Shown here piece by piece: positions 34,307-43,225 of a stretch of 64,000 nucleotides of DNA; positions within the stretch are counted from its first letter, which is position 1, and every line of letters begins with the position of its first letter. The notes under the pieces are model-generated. The model was not told where the DNA came from, did no database searches, and saw only the letters and a program-made list of their open reading frames with translations. The stretch is from assembly GCF_003334305.1 (NCBI RefSeq), contig NZ_QOWS01000001.1, one strand, 5' to 3'. This DNA is from Escherichia coli (GTDB lineage Bacteria; Pseudomonadota; Gammaproteobacteria; Enterobacterales; Enterobacteriaceae). Made by a program: the position numbers and the translations under genes.

Positions 34307-34385
34307 TAGGGTGTCACCAGTAGGGGCTTTCAACGGTACAATGCGGGTTTGAGCGGCATAAATTACCACTGAAAGCCCTTAAACG

Positions 34386-35399
34386 TTACTCTACTGTGGA
34401 CACTGTGTGGACACTCTCGGCCTCAGTACCACCTCTTAGCGGATTAAGAGAAATGGCGTCCTGAAGGTACTCTGGCGCAAAATGAGCGTAAACCATAGTT
34501 TGCTCAATCCGCGTGTGACCTAGTATCCGTTGTAGCGTGATAATACTTCCTCCATTAATCATGAAATGAGTGGCAAAGCTGTGCCTTAGTGCATGTGTGG
34601 CTTGCCCCATTGGCAAATCCGGTTTTATTGCTTTCATTGTTCGTCTGAAGCGAGGGTAATCAGCATCAGGGAATAAAAAACCTCGTTTGTTATCCGCGAT
34701 CATTTTGGCAACAGCCTCTGAGATCGGGACGGTGCGTGGTTTGTTTGTTTTCGTTTTAACAAACGTGACGCGGTTATGGATGATATTTTCTGCTTTCAAA
34801 CGAGCTGCTTCTCCCCAACGTGCTCCTGTACTCAGGCAAAGAATCGCAATCTTTTTATTGTCGCCGTCAAGTGCTGCAAGCAGTAAGGCAATTTCTTCCT
34901 GTGTTAGATAGCCTGTTTCTGGTTTTTCCTCCTTAAGCCTTTTTGTCCCTCTGATAGGGTGCTCACCAAAGAATAACTCCGCTTCAATCAGGGCTGTAAA
35001 CATGCCGCTAATACATGTTAAATCACGATTGATACTCGAAGGTTTAATACCCTGACTTCTTCGGGTGGCGCAGTACTGGCTGATAAGCGATTTCGTAATT
35101 TGAAATGCGCATGGGTCATTCGTTATTTTTGTGAAGATTTCAATTTTTCCAAGATTAGATTTCCCATGCTCTTCGTGTTTACCCTTTAAATCCCACCAGA
35201 TCTGTGTCAGCTCCGACAGACGTCGCTTGTCTGTTGGTTTTGATAGCCATTCTTTATTGTGGTGGTTGTACAACGTGTATTTCTCGAAAGCGACAGCTTC
35301 GCTTTTCTTATCAAACTTCCTACGGATGCGTTTTCCATTACGTCCAGTAGGGCGGATGTCCACTTCATATCGACCATCATCGAGTTTTTTGATTGCCAT
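34386..35399 (-). CDS. int: P2-like prophage integrase (tyrosine recombinase)
   Basis: 337 aa; C-terminal HALRHSFATHF...LGHTRIEQTMVYAHF catalytic box. Confidence 0.92.
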   Translation of the reverse strand: MAIKKLDDGRYEVDIRPTGRNGKRIRRKFDKKSEAVAFEKYTLYNHHNKEWLSKPTDKRRLSELTQIWWDLKGKHEEHGKSNLGKIEIFTKITNDPCAFQITKSLISQYCATRRSQGIKPSSINRDLTCISGMFTALIEAELFFGEHPIRGTKRLKEEKPETGYLTQEEIALLLAALDGDNKKIAILCLSTGARWGEAARLKAENIIHNRVTFVKTKTNKPRTVPISEAVAKMIADNKRGFLFPDADYPRFRRTMKAIKPDLPMGQATHALRHSFATHFMINGGSIITLQRILGHTRIEQTMVYAHFAPEYLQDAISLNPLRGGTEAESVHTVSTVE

Positions 35400-35514
35400 C
35401 AGAAAACCCTCCGAGTGGTGTGTTTTTTTGCGACTACTAATCGCTTTTTTCGTGGTGGCTGAAATTTAGCCACCAATAGTAGGCACTTGTGATGAATATA
35501 TTCACGATGAATTG

Positions 35515-35814
35515 TTAACCAGTCTTTTGACCGGAGTGGGGCGACGTTGTTTCGTTTTGCCCAAAGTGTGCGAGAGCGGGCGCAATTTGCCCGGACTCAG
35601 GAGCGATCTGATTGGTCATGAACCATAAAGTGTATTTGGTGAATTGTGGGGTCTGCAGGATGTTCATCATGACATCTGTTGGAGGTGTTGAACGACCACT
35701 TTCATAGTAACTCAGCGTGCCATACGGAACCCCTGTTAAATCAGCAAGTTGTTGTCTGCTCAAATACTCTGATTTTCGCATTAAGACTATCTTCTCGCTT
35801 ATCGTGTTTGACAT
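35515..35814 (-). CDS. C: P2-like immunity repressor C
   Basis: 99 aa with HTH (LSRQQLADLTGVPYGTLSYYESGRS); divergent from cox. Confidence 0.88.
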   Translation of the reverse strand: MSNTISEKIVLMRKSEYLSRQQLADLTGVPYGTLSYYESGRSTPPTDVMMNILQTPQFTKYTLWFMTNQIAPESGQIAPALAHFGQNETTSPHSGQKTG

Positions 35815-35928
35815 GGTGTTTAGATCTCAATAGTATTTAGTTTAGATGTAGATTGTTTAGTGCTTGGATGTGGGCACTAAAAGGCATTATAAGACATTAA
35901 ACGCAATTCATGAGGGCTAGAGGACGAC
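35815..35928. promoter_or_regulatory. Divergent early/immunity promoter-operator region (Pe/Pc) with direct repeats
   Basis: Direct repeats GTTTAGAT at 35818-35825 and 35840-35847 (22 bp centre to centre) plus further TTTAG copies, between C and cox. Confidence 0.6.
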
Positions 35929-36204
35929 ATGAGCAAGCAAGTAACACTCATGACTGATGCGATTCCTTATCAGGAGTTCGCAAAACTAATAGGAAAATCG
36001 ACAGGAGCGGTTCGTCGGATGATCGATAAAGGAAAGCTGCCTGTAATTGATATGACCGATCCACAATCAGCTTCAGGTCGTGCAGGTGAATATTGGGTAT
36101 ACCTTCCGGCATGGAATAACGGACTAAAACTGGCTTATGAAAGCCGCCCTAAAGAGATTCGTGACGGCTGGTTGATGTGGTTAGGTCTCGGTGAACCACG
36201 TTAA
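35929..36204 (+). CDS. cox: P2-like Cox (excisionase / repressor of Pc)
   Basis: 91 aa; first gene of the early rightward operon. Confidence 0.85.
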   Translation: MSKQVTLMTDAIPYQEFAKLIGKSTGAVRRMIDKGKLPVIDMTDPQSASGRAGEYWVYLPAWNNGLKLAYESRPKEIRDGWLMWLGLGEPR

Positions 36205-36214
36205 GGAGAACCGT

Positions 36215-36385
36215 ATGAATGAGCCTCGTTGTATTGCTCAGTTACTGCGTAACGAAAGCCCCAGGGCGATTGACTTCACCATCACCCACGGTAAGGGGCG
36301 TAAGGGAATCATTATCCGCACCAAAAAACAGAGTCCGTTAAAAAAGGCTCTGACCTTTCTGAAAAGCCGGAGGGTATGGAAATGA
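36215..36385 (+). CDS. Small early protein (P2 orf78-like)
   Basis: ATG after AAGGAG; position between cox and B. Confidence 0.5.
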   Translation: MNEPRCIAQLLRNESPRAIDFTITHGKGRKGIIIRTKKQSPLKKALTFLKSRRVWK

Positions 36386-36882
36386 CAGTGATGACGCTCA
36401 ATCTCGTTGAAAAACAGCCAGCAGCTATGCGCCGGATAATTGGTAAGCATCTTGCCGTTCCTCGCTGGCAGGATACATGTGATTATTATAATCAGATGAT
36501 GGAGCGCGAACGGTTAACGGTTTGCTTCCATGCTCAGTTAAAACAGCGTCACGCAACGATGTGTTTTGAAGAAATGAACGACGTCGAACGTGAACGACTG
36601 GTATGTGCAATTGATGAATTGCGTGGTGCATTCTCAAAACGCCGTCAGGTTGGCGCAAGTGAGTATGCATATATTAGTTTTTTAACAGTCAGTCAGCGTC
36701 GTACTTTATTTATGCATGCCGGATTGACTGAAAAAGAATTCAACCAGCCATACTGGCGAATTAATGAAGAGTCATGTTACTGGCGTGATGCTTTATTCCG
36801 TGCATTACGTGAATTATTCAGTCTGTTTGAGTATGCACCGACAATTCTGACGTCGGTAAAACCGGAGCAATATCTGCATTAA
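36376..36882 (+). CDS. B: P2-like replication gene B protein
   Basis: 168 aa, position between cox and A. Confidence 0.75.
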   Translation: MEMTVMTLNLVEKQPAAMRRIIGKHLAVPRWQDTCDYYNQMMERERLTVCFHAQLKQRHATMCFEEMNDVERERLVCAIDELRGAFSKRRQVGASEYAYISFLTVSQRRTLFMHAGLTEKEFNQPYWRINEESCYWRDALFRALRELFSLFEYAPTILTSVKPEQYLH

Positions 36883-36945
36883 GTAATTAACCAGAGTTTT
36901 TAACGCACTTAATTGTGCGGGGCTTCTTTTTGCCTGGAGAAAGTT

Positions 36946-37170
36946 ATGCATACAGTTTCTGAAAATCAGTGCGGTATATACGCATTACTGCTGCAACAGG
37001 CCAGAACCGAAGCACAGGCCGACGCTGCGACGCGCTTTTCTTCTCATCTTGATGCCATGATTCGCCACATCACAAAGGCGGAGTTATCCCGCGTGGAGAT
37101 AGTCGAGCTGCTCAGTCAGGAGTCGGAAAAATTTCACAATATCGGATTGTCTCGCGGGGAGGTGCTTTGA
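36946..37170 (+). CDS. Small early protein (P2 orf80-like)
   Basis: About 74 aa from MHTVSENQ after GGAGAAAG. Confidence 0.5.
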
Positions 37171-37472
37171 TGTTCTGTTCTCGTGCAGTTGTATTACTGA
37201 ATAACGCCTTAAAAATCGCCGTTATGAAAAATGGCGATTTGTCTCTTATTCAACTTGGTCTTGATAAAGAAAAACGCGAAATAACTGAATCTGTTATCGC
37301 GATTTATCAGAGTGAATTAAACCTCCTGTCTGATGTGGTCAATTTACTTGTTAAACGCGCTGTATTTCACAAGCAAATTTCCTCCGTGGATGAACTGACG
37401 AAATTAACGACAGAAATCGCCAGCTATTGCGCTGATGAATTTAAAAAACTGAACGACAAAAGGAACTGGTAA
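37167..37472 (+). CDS. Small early protein (P2 orf81-like)
   Basis: 101-aa ORF, 4-bp overlap with upstream gene. Confidence 0.5.
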
Positions 37473-37696
37473 TGCCGGACAACGTAGATTTTATTCAGGA
37501 ACAACAGGCTGAATTACTGGAGCGCCAGATTAACGCGGCAAGGGTAAAACATTGCGGTGCTTCTGCGCTGGTTTGCGAAGAGTGTGACGCGCCAATACCT
37601 GCTGCCCGTCGTGCGGCTTACCCGTCAGCCACGCGTTGTGTTTCCTGTCAGTCAGTCTTTGAAGCAAAAAACAAACATTACCGGAGAACGGCATGA
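37472..37696 (+). CDS. TraR/DksA-type C4 zinc-finger protein (P2 orf82-like)
   Basis: CGASALVCEECDAPIPAARRAAYPSATRCVSC four-cysteine motif. Confidence 0.7.
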   Translation: MPDNVDFIQEQQAELLERQINAARVKHCGASALVCEECDAPIPAARRAAYPSATRCVSCQSVFEAKNKHYRRTA

Positions 37697-37968
37697 GTAT
37701 TCGTATTGAAATTGGCGAACGTTATGTCGTTACCAGTGACAGCTTTCAGTTTATTCTCCACGAGAAAAAGAGAGCGGAAAGCGGTAAAAACGCCGGTCAG
37801 GAATGGCTGGCGGTGGTTGGTTATTACCCGAAATTAAGCCAGCTCGTTTCAGGCCTGATGCATCACGATATTCTGACCGGAAGCGCAAAGTCTTTTGCTG
37901 ATTTAAACGTGCAGGTTGAGCAACTCAGCAAGCGTTGTTCAGAGGCTTTTGGCTCATATGGCCGTTAA
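37693..37968 (+). CDS. Small early protein (P2 orf83-like)
   Basis: 91-aa ORF overlapping the start of A. Confidence 0.5.
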   Translation: MSIRIEIGERYVVTSDSFQFILHEKKRAESGKNAGQEWLAVVGYYPKLSQLVSGLMHHDILTGSAKSFADLNVQVEQLSKRCSEAFGSYGR

Positions 37969-40243
37969 AGCCTCCGGGCGTTTTGTCCCTCCGTCAGCAT
38001 TTGCCGCAGGCACCGGTAAGATGTTTACCGGTGCTTATGCATGGAACGCGCCACGCGAGGCCGTCGGGCGCGAAAGACCCCTTACACGTGACGAGATGCG
38101 TCAGATGCAAGGTGTTTTATCCACGATTAACCGCCTGCCTTACTTTTTGCGCTCGCTGTTTACTTCACGCTATGACTACATCCGGCGCAATAAAAGCCCG
38201 GTGCACGGGTTTTATTTCCTCACATCCACTTTTCAGCGTCGTTTATGGCCGCGCATTGAGCGTGTGAATCAGCGCCATGAAATGAACACCGACGCGTCGT
38301 TGCTGTTTCTGGCAGAGCGTGACCACTATGCGCGCCTGCCGGGAATGAATGACAAGGAGCTGAAAAAGTTTGCCGCCCGTATCTCATCGCAGCTTTTCAT
38401 GATGTATGAGGAACTCAGCGATGCCTGGGTGGATGCACATGGCGAAAAAGAATCGCTGTTTACGGATGAGGCGCAGGCTCACCTCTATGGTCATGTTGCT
38501 GGCGCTGCACGTGCTTTCAATATTTCCCCGCTTTACTGGAAAAAATACCGTAAAGGACAGATGACCACGAGGCAGGCATATTCTGCCATTGCCCGTCTGT
38601 TTAACGATGAGTGGTGGACTCATCAGCTCAAAGGCCAGCGTATGCGCTGGCATGAGGCGTTACTGATTGCTGTCGGGGAGGTGAATAAAGACCGTTCTCC
38701 TTATGCCAGTAAACATGCCATTCGTGATGTGCGTGCACGCCGCCAGGCAAATCTGGAATTTCTTAAATCGTGTGACCTTGAAAACAGGGAAACCGGCGAG
38801 CGCATCGACCTTATCAGTAAGGTGATGGGCAGTATTTCTAATCCTGAAATTCGCCGGATGGAGCTGATGAACACCATTGCCGGTATTGAGCGTTACGCCG
38901 CCGCAGAGGGTGATGTGGGGATGTTTATCACGCTTACCGCGCCTTCAAAGTATCACCCGACACGTCAGGTCGGAAAAGGCGAAAGTAAAACCGTCCAGCT
39001 AAATCACGGCTGGAACGATGAGGCATTTAATCCAAAGGATGCGCAGCGTTATCTCTGCCATATCTGGAGCCTGATGCGCACGGCATTCAAAGATAATGAT
39101 TTACAGGTCTACGGTTTGCGTGTCGTCGAGCCACACCACGACGGAACGCCGCACTGGCATATGATGCTTTTTTGTAATCCACGCCAGCGTAACCAGATTA
39201 TCGAAATCATGCGTCGCTATGCGCTCAAAGAGGATGGCGACGAAAGAGGAGCCGCGCGAAACCGTTTTCAGGCAAAACACCTTAACCAGGGCGGTGCTGC
39301 GGGGTATATCGCGAAATACATCTCAAAAAACATCGATGGCTATGCACTGGATGGTCAGCTCGATAACGATACCGGCAGACCGCTGAAAGACACTGCTGCG
39401 GCTGTTACCGCATGGGCGTCAACGTGGCGCATCCCACAATTTAAAACGGTTGGTCTGCCGACAATGGGGGCTTACCGTGAACTACGCAAATTGCCTCGCG
39501 GCGTCAGCATTGCTGATGAGTTTGACGAGCGCGTCGAGGCTGCACGCGCCGCCGCAGACAGTGGTGATTTTGCGTTGTATATCAGCGCGCAGGGTGGGGC
39601 AAATGTCCCGCGCGATTGTCAGACTGTCAGGGTCGCCCGTAGTCCGTCGGATGAAGTTAACGAGTACGAGGAAGAAGTCGAGAGAGTGGTCGGCATTTAC
39701 GCGCCGCATCTCGGCGCGCGTCATATTCATATCACCAGAACGACGGACTGGCGCATTGTGCCGAAAGTTCCGGTCGTTGAGCCTCTGACTTTAAAAAGCG
39801 GCATCGCCGCGCCTCGGAGTCCTGTCAATAACTGTGGAAAGCTCACCGGTGGTGATACTTCGTTACCGGCTCCCACACCTTCTGAACACGCCGCAGCAGT
39901 GCTTAATCTGGTTGATGACGGTGTTATCGAATGGAATGACCCGGAGGTCGTGAGGGCGCTCAGGGGCGCATTAAAATACGGGCTGAGAACACCAAATCGT
40001 CAGCAGAGAAACGGAAGCCCGTTAAAACCACATGAAATTGCACCATCGGCCAGACTGACCCGGTCGGAAAGAATGCAAATTACCCGTATCCGCGTTGACC
40101 TTGCTCAGAACGGTATCAGGCCGCAGCGATGGGAGCTTGAGGCGCTGGCGCGTGGCGCGACCGTAAATTATGACGGGAAAAAATTCACGTATCCGGTCGC
40201 TGATGAGTGGCCGGGATTCTCAACAGTAATGGCGCGGATATAA
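37958..40243 (+). CDS. A: P2-like replication initiation endonuclease A (rolling-circle)
   Basis: About 761 aa from MAVKASGRF; HxH-type motif TPHWHMMLF and tyrosine pair GYIAKYISK. Confidence 0.9.
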   Translation: MAVKASGRFVPPSAFAAGTGKMFTGAYAWNAPREAVGRERPLTRDEMRQMQGVLSTINRLPYFLRSLFTSRYDYIRRNKSPVHGFYFLTSTFQRRLWPRIERVNQRHEMNTDASLLFLAERDHYARLPGMNDKELKKFAARISSQLFMMYEELSDAWVDAHGEKESLFTDEAQAHLYGHVAGAARAFNISPLYWKKYRKGQMTTRQAYSAIARLFNDEWWTHQLKGQRMRWHEALLIAVGEVNKDRSPYASKHAIRDVRARRQANLEFLKSCDLENRETGERIDLISKVMGSISNPEIRRMELMNTIAGIERYAAAEGDVGMFITLTAPSKYHPTRQVGKGESKTVQLNHGWNDEAFNPKDAQRYLCHIWSLMRTAFKDNDLQVYGLRVVEPHHDGTPHWHMMLFCNPRQRNQIIEIMRRYALKEDGDERGAARNRFQAKHLNQGGAAGYIAKYISKNIDGYALDGQLDNDTGRPLKDTAAAVTAWASTWRIPQFKTVGLPTMGAYRELRKLPRGVSIADEFDERVEAARAAADSGDFALYISAQGGANVPRDCQTVRVARSPSDEVNEYEEEVERVVGIYAPHLGARHIHITRTTDWRIVPKVPVVEPLTLKSGIAAPRSPVNNCGKLTGGDTSLPAPTPSEHAAAVLNLVDDGVIEWNDPEVVRALRGALKYGLRTPNRQQRNGSPLKPHEIAPSARLTRSERMQITRIRVDLAQNGIRPQRWELEALARGATVNYDGKKFTYPVADEWPGFSTVMARI

Positions 40244-40599
40244 TGACAAAGATTCACAAAGTAAAGCTGCACGCAAGATATTTCAACCTTGTGCTGGAGG
40301 AAAAAGAAACGCACAGAATTTAGGGGGATAGCCGTTATCATGTGTATGAAGCACTTGAAATGTATCTGCATCACTTGGGAGTGTGTCAACGGGGAATTTC
40401 CATCTATGTGATTTTTTGAGAGCAATGCAGTGAAGATAAAGATACTTATTATAAATCAATGTGATAGATGGTGCCTCGCAAACGTAAATGATAGTTTTGA
40501 AGCTTCAGGGCTGATGTCGTTCATAAGACTATGTTTACGCTATCATTTATGATAAAAATAATTAATTTTTATCATAAAGATTCAACAGAGGATATGTTG

Positions 40600-42105
40600 A
40601 TGAATCAACTAAAATCAATGAATATCAATAAGTTACTTTTGGATGTTGATAACCCTCGTTTCCCGACGTCAGCAGAAAATCAGCGTGATGCTATTGCCAA
40701 GATGCTTGACTTGCAGTACGACCGCATTTATCGCTTGGCTAAAGATATTGCTTCGAAAGGTTTAGATCCGTCTGAAAACATATTAGTTTATCCTAGTGAA
40801 GAGGAATCTGGCTTTTTCGTCGTTGCTGAAGGTAATCGTCGAGTTACAGCCCTTAAACTTTTACACTCTCCTAGACTTGCACCAACAGAAAAAGCACGGA
40901 AAGCTTTTGAAAAACTTAAGATTACTCAGCTTAAAGATATTAATGTTATAGATAACTGCGTTCTTTTTGACGATGATGAATATGAGCATTGGGTCAATTT
41001 AAAGCATACTGGTCAAAATGCTGGAGTTGGAAGAGTTGAATGGACTGCAACAGAAAAAGCACGACATCTGGCTAGGATGGGTAAGCAGTCATTTGGTAAT
41101 CAAATACTTACATTTATAGAGTTCAATACTGATTTATATAAAGAGATAATTGCTAAAAAAAGACTTTTAAAAATCACAAACATCACGCGTCTTTTTGGTG
41201 ATTTAAAGGTGAGGGATTATTTTAATTTAAAAAGCATTAATGGAGTTCTATACTCATATCAGCCTTATGAACGTTTTTGTGCACAATTAAAAAATATTTT
41301 AGATGTAATGATTGAAGAGGATGATAAAGGTAAGGCTTGTTTTACTGTTAATAGGATTCGTAGCCAAGATGACAGGGTTACATTTATTATTGAACAAAAA
41401 ATAAAACCTTCAGAATCTCTTTTAGATAAGCCGTGGAGTTTATTAGAGCCTAAATCTTTTCTTACAGAGAAAAAACATGATTCTATTGACAAAAATGATG
41501 CATCTGTGAGTGTAAAGAAAGCAGGTCTTTCAGAAGGTGATGCCTTAAAGAATACAGGTGTGGATAAACAGGAAGATGATTATTCTAGACATGTAGGCAC
41601 AGAAGAGAGTAAATCTAAAGTTTCGGGTACGGAACAGAATAAAAACAAGGGAAAAACTCCTCCTAAAGTAGATCGTAATGTGTTGGTGCCATCTTATGTG
41701 AAATTTAATTTTAGAGGGCATAAGAAATGCTCTAGAATATTTAATGAGCTTAAGTCGCATCTGACATTTGATAACACCCCTAATGCTATCTCAATATTGT
41801 TGAGAATATTTATAGATCTCTCTGTAAGCACTTTTGTTGAAGAAAACAAGTTACAATTTAAGGAACCACATAGAACTCCAGGGCTTCATGATAAGGTTAA
41901 AATGTGTGCTAATTTCCTTCGGGAAAATAAAAAGATGACGGGGAGTCAATGTACGGCTGTAATAACTTTCTCGAGCCAAATAACTAAACATGATGGTTCA
42001 TTGCAGCAGTATGTACATAACCCACACTTAATTCCCTCAAAAGAGGCTGTCAACACTGAGTGGGATAACTTTGAGTTGTTATTAAGCCTTATTTGGAGTG
42101 AGTGA
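40600..42105 (+). CDS. ParB/Srx-fold domain protein with disordered Lys/Ser/Glu-rich linker and uncharacterised C-terminal domain (cargo gene 1)
   Basis: ORF 40531-42105 (524 aa); likely start at 40600 (GAGGA seven nt upstream). N-terminus has DVDNPRF and VVAEGNRRVTALKLL, matching ParB box motifs; conspicuously AT-rich against the flanking phage genes. Confidence 0.7.
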   Translation: MNQLKSMNINKLLLDVDNPRFPTSAENQRDAIAKMLDLQYDRIYRLAKDIASKGLDPSENILVYPSEEESGFFVVAEGNRRVTALKLLHSPRLAPTEKARKAFEKLKITQLKDINVIDNCVLFDDDEYEHWVNLKHTGQNAGVGRVEWTATEKARHLARMGKQSFGNQILTFIEFNTDLYKEIIAKKRLLKITNITRLFGDLKVRDYFNLKSINGVLYSYQPYERFCAQLKNILDVMIEEDDKGKACFTVNRIRSQDDRVTFIIEQKIKPSESLLDKPWSLLEPKSFLTEKKHDSIDKNDASVSVKKAGLSEGDALKNTGVDKQEDDYSRHVGTEESKSKVSGTEQNKNKGKTPPKVDRNVLVPSYVKFNFRGHKKCSRIFNELKSHLTFDNTPNAISILLRIFIDLSVSTFVEENKLQFKEPHRTPGLHDKVKMCANFLRENKKMTGSQCTAVITFSSQITKHDGSLQQYVHNPHLIPSKEAVNTEWDNFELLLSLIWSE

Positions 42106-42174
42106 GATTTGTCTACATCTGGACATGGATGTCCAGAAACTGATAAACTACAAAATCAGGAATGAGAGGGATTT

Positions 42175-43059
42175 ATGAAATTTTATACTCCATTAAGATA
42201 CCCCGGCGGGAAAGGTAAGTTATCTTACTTTTTAAAAGATGTTATTGAAAAAAACTCGTTGAATGATGGAGCATATGCAGAACCTTACGCTGGTGGTGCA
42301 GGGGTGGCTTTAGAATTATTATTGGAAGAGTATGTCCGTAAAATCTATATAAATGATGCAGATTTTGCTGTTTATTCTTTTTGGTCATCTGTTGTTAGTG
42401 ATACTGATGAGCTTTGCCGACTTATTAGCCGAGCAAAGATAGATATGGATGAATGGTCTTTTCATCGCTATGTTATTTCGAATCCTTCTGAGTTTACTAA
42501 GCTTGAGGTTGGCTTTGCTGCGTTTTTCTTAAATAGAACAAATCGTTCAGGTATTCTCAAGGCGGGGGTTATAGGCGGGAAATCACAAAATGGAAAATGG
42601 AAAATGGATGTTCGCTTTAACAGGGCGGATTTAATTTCAAGAATTGAGAAGATAGCAAATTATAATCAAAGAATAGTAGTAACTAATCTGGATGCTTTGG
42701 ATTTTCTTGATGTCTTGAATTTTATGGATAATATGGGAAAGGTGGATAAAAATAAAATTCTTTTGTATTTGGATCCTCCTTACTATATTAAAGGGCAAGG
42801 GCTTTACAGGAATTTTTATGAGCATGATGATCATGTATTGGTTATGAAGAAACTCACAGAAATTAATTTCCCAAATTGGCTTGTTTCTTATGATAACGCT
42901 AAGGAAATTAAAGATATTTATAATGGATTTCCGCAAGTTGAGTATTCATTGCAATATACAGCGCATCTCAAAAAATCTGGAGAGGAAGTGATGATTTTTT
43001 CTCCTGAAATAATTATTCCTAATACCCTGAAAGGGGGCTCAATGCCAACTTGCGCCTGA
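42175..43059 (+). CDS. Dam-family (D12 class) N6-adenine DNA methyltransferase (cargo gene 2)
   Basis: 294 aa; motifs collinear with E. coli Dam: YPGGKGK (Dam WAGGK), EPYAGGAGV (Dam EPFVGAGSV), FFLNRTNRSG (Dam LYLNRYGYNG) and DPPYY (residues about 200-204); AT-rich. Confidence 0.85.
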   Translation: MKFYTPLRYPGGKGKLSYFLKDVIEKNSLNDGAYAEPYAGGAGVALELLLEEYVRKIYINDADFAVYSFWSSVVSDTDELCRLISRAKIDMDEWSFHRYVISNPSEFTKLEVGFAAFFLNRTNRSGILKAGVIGGKSQNGKWKMDVRFNRADLISRIEKIANYNQRIVVTNLDALDFLDVLNFMDNMGKVDKNKILLYLDPPYYIKGQGLYRNFYEHDDHVLVMKKLTEINFPNWLVSYDNAKEIKDIYNGFPQVEYSLQYTAHLKKSGEEVMIFSPEIIIPNTLKGGSMPTCA

Positions 43060-43206
43060 TTTTACTTATTTTTTGTCAGTAAGTAATTAGTTTGGTGCAT
43101 TTATTTGCATTCATTTTTAAATGCCAGTTCTGGTATCTAACATCAGTGCTGGCGCATTCTAACCATTACTGCTGCACTGCATTTAAAGCCCTGCATGAAG
43201 CGGGCG

Positions 43207-43225
43207 GGCGAGGCGGGGAAAGCAC
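43207..43225. other. Phage cos site (19-nt cohesive-end sequence)
   Basis: GGCGAGGCGGGGAAAGCAC matches my recollection of the P2/186 cohesive end; lies between the cargo and portal gene Q. Confidence 0.75.

Noticed and set aside
33390-34385. Looked for a tRNA gene or IS element at the prophage junction
   Set aside because: No tRNA-like cloverleaf or IS terminal repeats seen; integration is at a P2-type att core in a non-tRNA intergenic site.
40480-40560. Apparent inverted repeats (CGTAAATGATAG / TTTACGCTATCATTTATG) around the cargo gene 1 start, considered as a transposon end or recombination site
   Set aside because: The two halves are individually inverted but in crossed order, so they do not form a true palindrome or terminal inverted repeat; likely chance in AT-rich sequence.
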